This document shows, in pieces, positions 59,316-64,000 of a DNA stretch of 64,000 nucleotides (positions are counted from its first letter, which is position 1; each line of letters starts with the position of its first letter). Below the pieces are notes generated by a model, which made no database searches, was not told the origin of the DNA, and worked only from the letters and a program-made list of their open reading frames with translations. Source of the DNA: an uncultured delta proteobacterium (GTDB lineage Bacteria > Desulfobacterota > RBG-13-43-22); NCBI GenBank assembly GCA_963790475.1, contig CAWBOS010000010.1:416001-480000 (forward strand), in the 5' to 3' direction. Both the position numbers and the translations under genes were made by a program.

Positions 59316-60773
59316 GTGAAGATTAAAACCGCCCAGGATTATTTGAAGAGTTTGAGAAAATTAAATCATGTGGTTTACTACAAAGGAAAAAGGATCAAGG
59401 ATGTGACCCGCCATCCGGCCACGGCTCCCCACGTGCGGGCTGCAGCCGTGACTTATGCCCTGGCCAATGATCCGGAGTATAAGGAACTGGCTACGGCCGT
59501 CTCCCATTTGACCGGTCAGACCATCAGCCGCTTTACCCATGTTCACCAGAATGTGGAAGATTTGATCAAGAAGGTCAAACTGCTGCGTGTTCTGGGGCAA
59601 AAAACCGGTTCTTGCTTCCAGCGCTGTGTGGGTTTGGACGGGATCAATGCCGTCTATTCCGTGGCTTATGAGATCGATCAGAAATACAAGACCAATTATT
59701 TCGAACGGTTTAAAAAATGGTTGATCGTGATTCAAGAGGAAAATTATATGGTAGTCGGGGCCATGACCGATCCCAAAGGGGACCGCTCCAAAGGCCCGGC
59801 CGAACAAATCGACCCGGATCAATATGTCCATATCGTTGAACGCCGGGAAGACGGTCTGATTATTCGAGGGGCCAAATTGCACATGACCGGGGGGGTTAAT
59901 TCTCACGAGATCCTGATTATGCCTACCACGGCTATGGATGAAAAATCCAAGGACTATGCTTTGGTCTGCGCTGTTCCGGCCAATGCCCCCGGGATAACCA
60001 TGATTTTCGGCCGTCAGGCCAATGACAACCGCAAGGATAATCGAGAACGGATCGATGCCGGAAACCCTGTCTTCGGGGGGGTCGGCGGAGAAGCGGTTAT
60101 TGCCTTTGAAAATGTTTTTGTGCCCTGGGACCGGGTATTCATGAACGGGGAAACGGAATTTACCAGTCCCCTGGTTTATCGTTTCGCCGCTCATCACCGG
60201 GCCAATTACGGAGGCTGTAAAACAGGTTTGATTGATGTCCTGACCGGTGCCGTGACCTATCTGACCCAGATTCAGGGTACGTCCAAGGCCTCTCACGTAA
60301 GGGATAAGATTACGGAGATGATCCATTTGGGTGAAACCCTTTACAGTTCTTCTATCGCCTGTGCCGCAGAGGGCTGTCCCACCCCTTCCGGGGCCTATAT
60401 GGTGGATACCATGCTGGCCAATGTGGGTAAGCAGAATGTGACCCGTTTCCATTTCGAGGTGGCCCGGTTGGCCGCCGACCTGGCCGGAGGGTTTCTGGCC
60501 ACCCTGCCCAGCGAATACGATCTTAAAAGTGAGGATGTGGGGCACCTGGTCAAGAAATATTTTTCAGGGGTGAATCATATTCCTACCGAAGATCGGATCA
60601 AGATCGGACGGCTGATCGAAAGCATGACCGGAGGTACGGCCCTGGTGGAATCCATGCACGGGGCCGGGTCCCCCCAAGCCCAGCGGGTCATGATTCTGCG
60701 GGAAGGGGATTTGGAAAAGAAGGTGAATCTGGCCAAAGCCCTGGCCGGAATACCCCCTACCCGGGGGAAATAA
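59316..60773 (+). CDS. abfD: 4-hydroxybutyryl-CoA dehydratase family protein
   Basis: Fe-S ligand motifs CFQRCVGLD and HHRANYGGCK, AMTDPKGDRS, ESMHGAGSPQAQR. Confidence 0.85.
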   Translation: MKIKTAQDYLKSLRKLNHVVYYKGKRIKDVTRHPATAPHVRAAAVTYALANDPEYKELATAVSHLTGQTISRFTHVHQNVEDLIKKVKLLRVLGQKTGSCFQRCVGLDGINAVYSVAYEIDQKYKTNYFERFKKWLIVIQEENYMVVGAMTDPKGDRSKGPAEQIDPDQYVHIVERREDGLIIRGAKLHMTGGVNSHEILIMPTTAMDEKSKDYALVCAVPANAPGITMIFGRQANDNRKDNRERIDAGNPVFGGVGGEAVIAFENVFVPWDRVFMNGETEFTSPLVYRFAAHHRANYGGCKTGLIDVLTGAVTYLTQIQGTSKASHVRDKITEMIHLGETLYSSSIACAAEGCPTPSGAYMVDTMLANVGKQNVTRFHFEVARLAADLAGGFLATLPSEYDLKSEDVGHLVKKYFSGVNHIPTEDRIKIGRLIESMTGGTALVESMHGAGSPQAQRVMILREGDLEKKVNLAKALAGIPPTRGK

Positions 60774-60960
60774 ACTTGATAAATAGTATCAATTTAGCTT
60801 TTTGGGAAAAGTTGTTCTAATAATTGTCTGATTGGTCATGAGTTTCAAAAACCTAAAGTGTTTCGATAAATATTATTAAGTTCGCTTCATTATTCCTATC
60901 GAACTTTTAACCGGCTGAACGGTTACGATATTCGGGAAGTCTCTTTTCTGATTTCTTTTA

Positions 60961-61245
60961 GGTAAACCCCCGGCTCTGCCGGAGGATCCTAAAGTTTGAC
61001 CATTCCGGGATTATGGTTTTTTAATAGCGACAACGAGTAACAGATGTTTTCCATTTGAAGACCAAACTTTGCCTGGATCGTCATTCCGGAGAAATCCGGA
61101 ATCTAGAGATTCTAAAAGGGTTAGGAAAAGCTCTGGACCCCGGCTTTCGCCGGGGAGACGGCTACAAAGGTTTTAGATTTTTTTTGTGAGCCCCTTTAAG
61201 GGGCTAAAATATTCAAGCCTCCGGCTCTGCCGGAGGTGGGTGACT
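60961..61245 (+). mobile_element. Non-autonomous IS200/IS605-type relic with both hairpin ends and no tnpA
   Basis: Left GGTAAACCCCCGGCTCTGCCGGAGG..AAAGTTTGAC; right AGCCCCTTTAAGGGGCT..CAAGCCTCCGGCTCTGCCGGAGGTGGGTGACT. Confidence 0.65.
61079..61160. repeat. REP-like palindromic element, copy 3
   Basis: CGTCATTCCGGAGAAATCCGGAATCTAG...CTGGACCCCGGCTTTCGCCGGGGAGACG. Confidence 0.75.
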
Positions 61246-61260
61246 TTCAAAGGAAGTGGA

Positions 61261-61971
61261 ATGGTAACAATGATAACGTGTGAAAGAGCGATCAGGGAAG
61301 AATTCAAAGATTCAGACCAAATATTGACCACAGACCAGGTCATTGATCAAATTCAAAAAAAATATCCTGGAAAATGGAAAGAGATCACCATTAGGACTCA
61401 CCTTATTGGCTGTAGTATCAACCATAAGTCCAGTAAGTTTTATCCAACTTTTCAGAAATTTCTCTATACCGTTGAACCGGGAAAAATGAGACTTTTCGAT
61501 TTGGAAAAAGACGATAAATTTAAGAAACTATCCCCCAGGTTGAAGATACAATTCGTGTCAGAAGAGATGATCCCAACTGAAGTAAAAGCCCACGAAGCAA
61601 AACCAACCATTCTAAAAAATTTGCGGAAAAATCTAAGAAGGGATATCGCCCAGCTTGAACCCGGGCTAAAACTTTTCCAGGACCAGGGTCTTGATAGCTT
61701 AATGGAAGCCACCAAAATCGATATCCTCGCCAAGGATGTTAATGATAACCTCGTCGTAATTAAGCTCAAGGGGGATATTGCCCAGATCAACACTCTTAGC
61801 CAGATATTAAACTCTATAGCTTCAATCAAAAATGAGCTTGGTGAGACAAACATCAGAGGCCTAATCGTCGCCAAAGATTTTGACAATCAAATAGTCCTGG
61901 CGTCAAGAGAAGTGCCGGATGTTTCTCTTTTTAAATATAAGATGAAATTTGATTTCGAAGTAGTCAATTGA
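61261..61971 (+). CDS. NucS-like PD-(D/E)xK domain protein with N-terminal helical domain
   Basis: LEPGLKL, KIDILAKD..NLVVIKLK, QILN, IRGLIVA; upstream ORF extension lies inside the IS relic. Confidence 0.7.
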   Translation: MVTMITCERAIREEFKDSDQILTTDQVIDQIQKKYPGKWKEITIRTHLIGCSINHKSSKFYPTFQKFLYTVEPGKMRLFDLEKDDKFKKLSPRLKIQFVSEEMIPTEVKAHEAKPTILKNLRKNLRRDIAQLEPGLKLFQDQGLDSLMEATKIDILAKDVNDNLVVIKLKGDIAQINTLSQILNSIASIKNELGETNIRGLIVAKDFDNQIVLASREVPDVSLFKYKMKFDFEVVN

Positions 61972-62129
61972 CGTTTTCCGGTACAACCATAGAAGTGCCA
62001 TAATCCCACCCAGACAATATGTTCCCCGCTAAAAAGTACTGGGATTAGTCGTTCAGTGCCCGACTCTTCCAGGCTAATTTAAGAATTAAAAAGTAAAAGA
62101 TTCGGGAGCTGGGGGATTTTTTTTCAAAA

Positions 62130-62316
62130 TAAAAACGGACCACTGCCGGAAAAGGATTTACTCAAACCAAGAGAAGGGGCGAAATATTTTTCCGCATCAA
62201 CCAGGACCATCTATTCTGGATTGAAATAGGAAAGCTGGAAGCCGTGGAAATTGGACCCAAACTTATCCGGGTTCGGAGGTCTGCCACTTAAAAAGTGTCG
62301 AGGCCTGGGTATTAAC
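62130..62316 (+). pseudogene. Excisionase-like HTH gene remnant
   Basis: With one frameshift reads LPEKDLLKPREGAKYFSASTRTIY-WIEIGKLEAVEIGPKLIRVRRS; no start codon. Confidence 0.5.
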
Positions 62317-63157
62317 AGGAGTCCTCCAAACAGGTAAGGAAAAGAAGCGCTTGGACTTGAGCGGAAGGCTGGTTCAAGGTATTAGAGGAGAGAGAATATA
62401 GCGTGAATTTAGATCGTGGCTTAGAATGGATTTTAGGAGGCCGGGGGGAATATACCTTCCGGCTTTAACTGCTGCTATCTTTTTAAGGAGGCTCTGCCTG
62501 CCGATGCCTCCTGGATCAACCTCGGCAGGCAGATATGCGAGATCAAGGAATAGGCCATGCTGGCCGGACTGGCTGCCCTCCCGCCGCTGGGGCTGCTCCT
62601 ATTTCGAACCCGATATTTTAGTTCGCTGCAGGGAAAGGTAGGGAAGAAGTGCTTCCTGAAGTCCTCTAAATCCAATTTTTGAAAAAAGACAAGAGTTCAA
62701 ATCGTAATCGTCGATAAAAGGGTCTTGATATTTCTTGGCCTTAGAAACGGCAAGAGATCTCAAGGCTTTCAAAAAACAAGTAGTATGCCATCGTTCTCCT
62801 AAGAGACTAACTCGATTAATCCCTAAAAAAACCTTTAGAAAAGACCTCTTCCTTCTTGCCGGGGCGATGAAGGGTTTATGAAGTTATTGACAGTCTCATG
62901 ACAAAATGTCGACCGATTTCTATTCCAAATCTTTTGACTGAGCCAAGTCCTGGGATGCTTTCCCTTGGAATTATCCGAATCCGATAAGATCAGCCAGGCC
63001 TTGGATGGATTGACCTATATCTTGTAGCGAATATAAAAAAACATACCATATGTTGAGTTTTATCTTGACTTTTTTAGATTTTAACAGTAAAAACTTTATG
63101 TGGAAAAAGTATATTGGCAACCAACGGGAAGAGCCTTTTTGAAACAGAAAAATAACC

Positions 63158-63711
63158 ATGAGCACCCAGGAACAGAAAACCATTCTTCTCGTTGAAGACG
63201 AGATTCTTATCGAGGTGGTCGAGAAGGAGAGGATCAAGAGTTTCGGCTACAAAGTCATCACAGCGGATTCCGGTGAAGAGGCGATTAACATTGCGATAGG
63301 TAATAAAAGAATTAATCTCGTGCTCATGGATATTAATCTTGGTCGAGGAATCGACGGGCTGGAAGCCGCCAAACAAATCCCAAGAAGAAAAATATGCCCA
63401 TCGTTTTTCTAACCAGCCACTCTGAAAAAGAATATGTGGATAAATTAAAGGAAATTACCTGTTATGGGTGCGTGTTCAAGGCCTCCGGAGACTTTGTTCT
63501 TCGAGCCTCCATCGAAACTGCCTTGGACCTTTTTGAGGTAAACAAAAATTTACAATTAAAGATGGACTTGATGCGGGAGAGCCAGGGAAAATACTGGAAT
63601 GTATTTGCCCCTGATAGTGACGCCCTTTTTCTCGTTGATAAGGGAATGGTTGAGGCAGTTATCAAAACAAAAGGTGCATCTCGAATAAAATCGGAAGATT
63701 CACCTATTTAA
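63158..63711 (+). pseudogene. Response-regulator receiver protein, frameshifted and apparently truncated at the start of a PAS-like segment
   Basis: ILLVEDE, LVLMDINLG..IDG, then PIVFLTSHSE in the next frame (shift near 63385). Confidence 0.7.
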
Positions 63712-63726
63712 TTAATGGGGATTAAA

Positions 63727-64000
63727 ATGAAAATTGCAGTCATAGGGTGCGGCTATCGAGGACCCAATTTGGTTAGAAATTTTTTCCAATTAAATAAGGT
63801 CGATGAATTATTTTGCTGTGATCTGGATCCAGAGAAGCTGGATCGGCTAAAAAACCTTTACCCATCCGTTAAAAGAATACAGGATTACAAGGAATTTCTA
63901 AAAATGCCGGATCTGGACGGGGTGGTTATTTCCACTCCGGTTTACAGCCATTACCCCTTGGCCAAGGATTTTCTGGAGAATGGCCAACATGTGATGGTGG
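63727..64000 (+). CDS. Gfo/Idh/MocA oxidoreductase (3'-truncated by window edge)
   Basis: MKIAVIGCGYRGPNLVRNF...DGVVISTPVYSHYPLAKDFLENGQHVMV. Confidence 0.85.
   Translation, partial: MKIAVIGCGYRGPNLVRNFFQLNKVDELFCCDLDPEKLDRLKNLYPSVKRIQDYKEFLKMPDLDGVVISTPVYSHYPLAKDFLENGQHVMV

Noticed and set aside
59361-60545. 394-aa minus-strand ORF
   Set aside because: Antisense shadow of abfD.
59316-60773. 4-hydroxyphenylacetate 3-monooxygenase HpaB
   Set aside because: Same fold family, but the Fe-S Cys/His ligands of AbfD are present.

Overview
Bacterial chromosomal DNA of roughly average GC content. Gene content suggests an anaerobic Desulfobacterota/deltaproteobacterium (inferred from hgcAB, PEP-CTERM with sigma-54 regulation, and the ilv-psd-pssA-leu order). 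From left to right: the end of rlmN; an AbrB/VapC toxin-antitoxin pair; a long minus-strand run (Dpp/Opp importer, GldAFG-like exporter, DUF4340, parvulin chaperone, acyltransferase, amidohydrolase); two paralogous ABC binding proteins; an IlvD-family dehydratase, pcm, an aminotransferase, GNAT, SDR and cupin; an RND efflux pump; an arsR-hgcA-hgcB mercury-methylation operon; duplicated TPR lipoproteins; an acyl-CoA dehydrogenase pseudogene; the ilvBN-psd-pssA-leuACDB-asd-rsmD-coaD operon; an ORF-less group II intron; an AT-rich caspase-like PEP-CTERM gene; an uncharacterised RibD-C/Zn-dehydrogenase/PTPS-like/GT4/epimerase/steroid-5-alpha-reductase cluster; abfD; a transposase-less IS200/IS605 relic; a NucS-like gene; and a truncated response regulator and Gfo/Idh/MocA gene. 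Four candidates stand out. (1) hgcB's TGA is followed in frame by G-C-G-A-R-K-C-TGA-C-T-TAA, which suggests a double-selenocysteine C-terminal tail. (2) Most junctions of the ilv-leu operon carry a 7-9 nt tandem inverted repeat, including the spot where ilvC is missing. (3) The PTPS-like/GT4/RibD-C cluster has no known product. (4) The PEP-CTERM locus appears to have had its passenger domain swapped. Several single-base indels in normally needed genes (leuC, coaD) suggest sequencing errors. No rRNA, tRNA or CRISPR array was seen. All calls are by eye, with no database searches.
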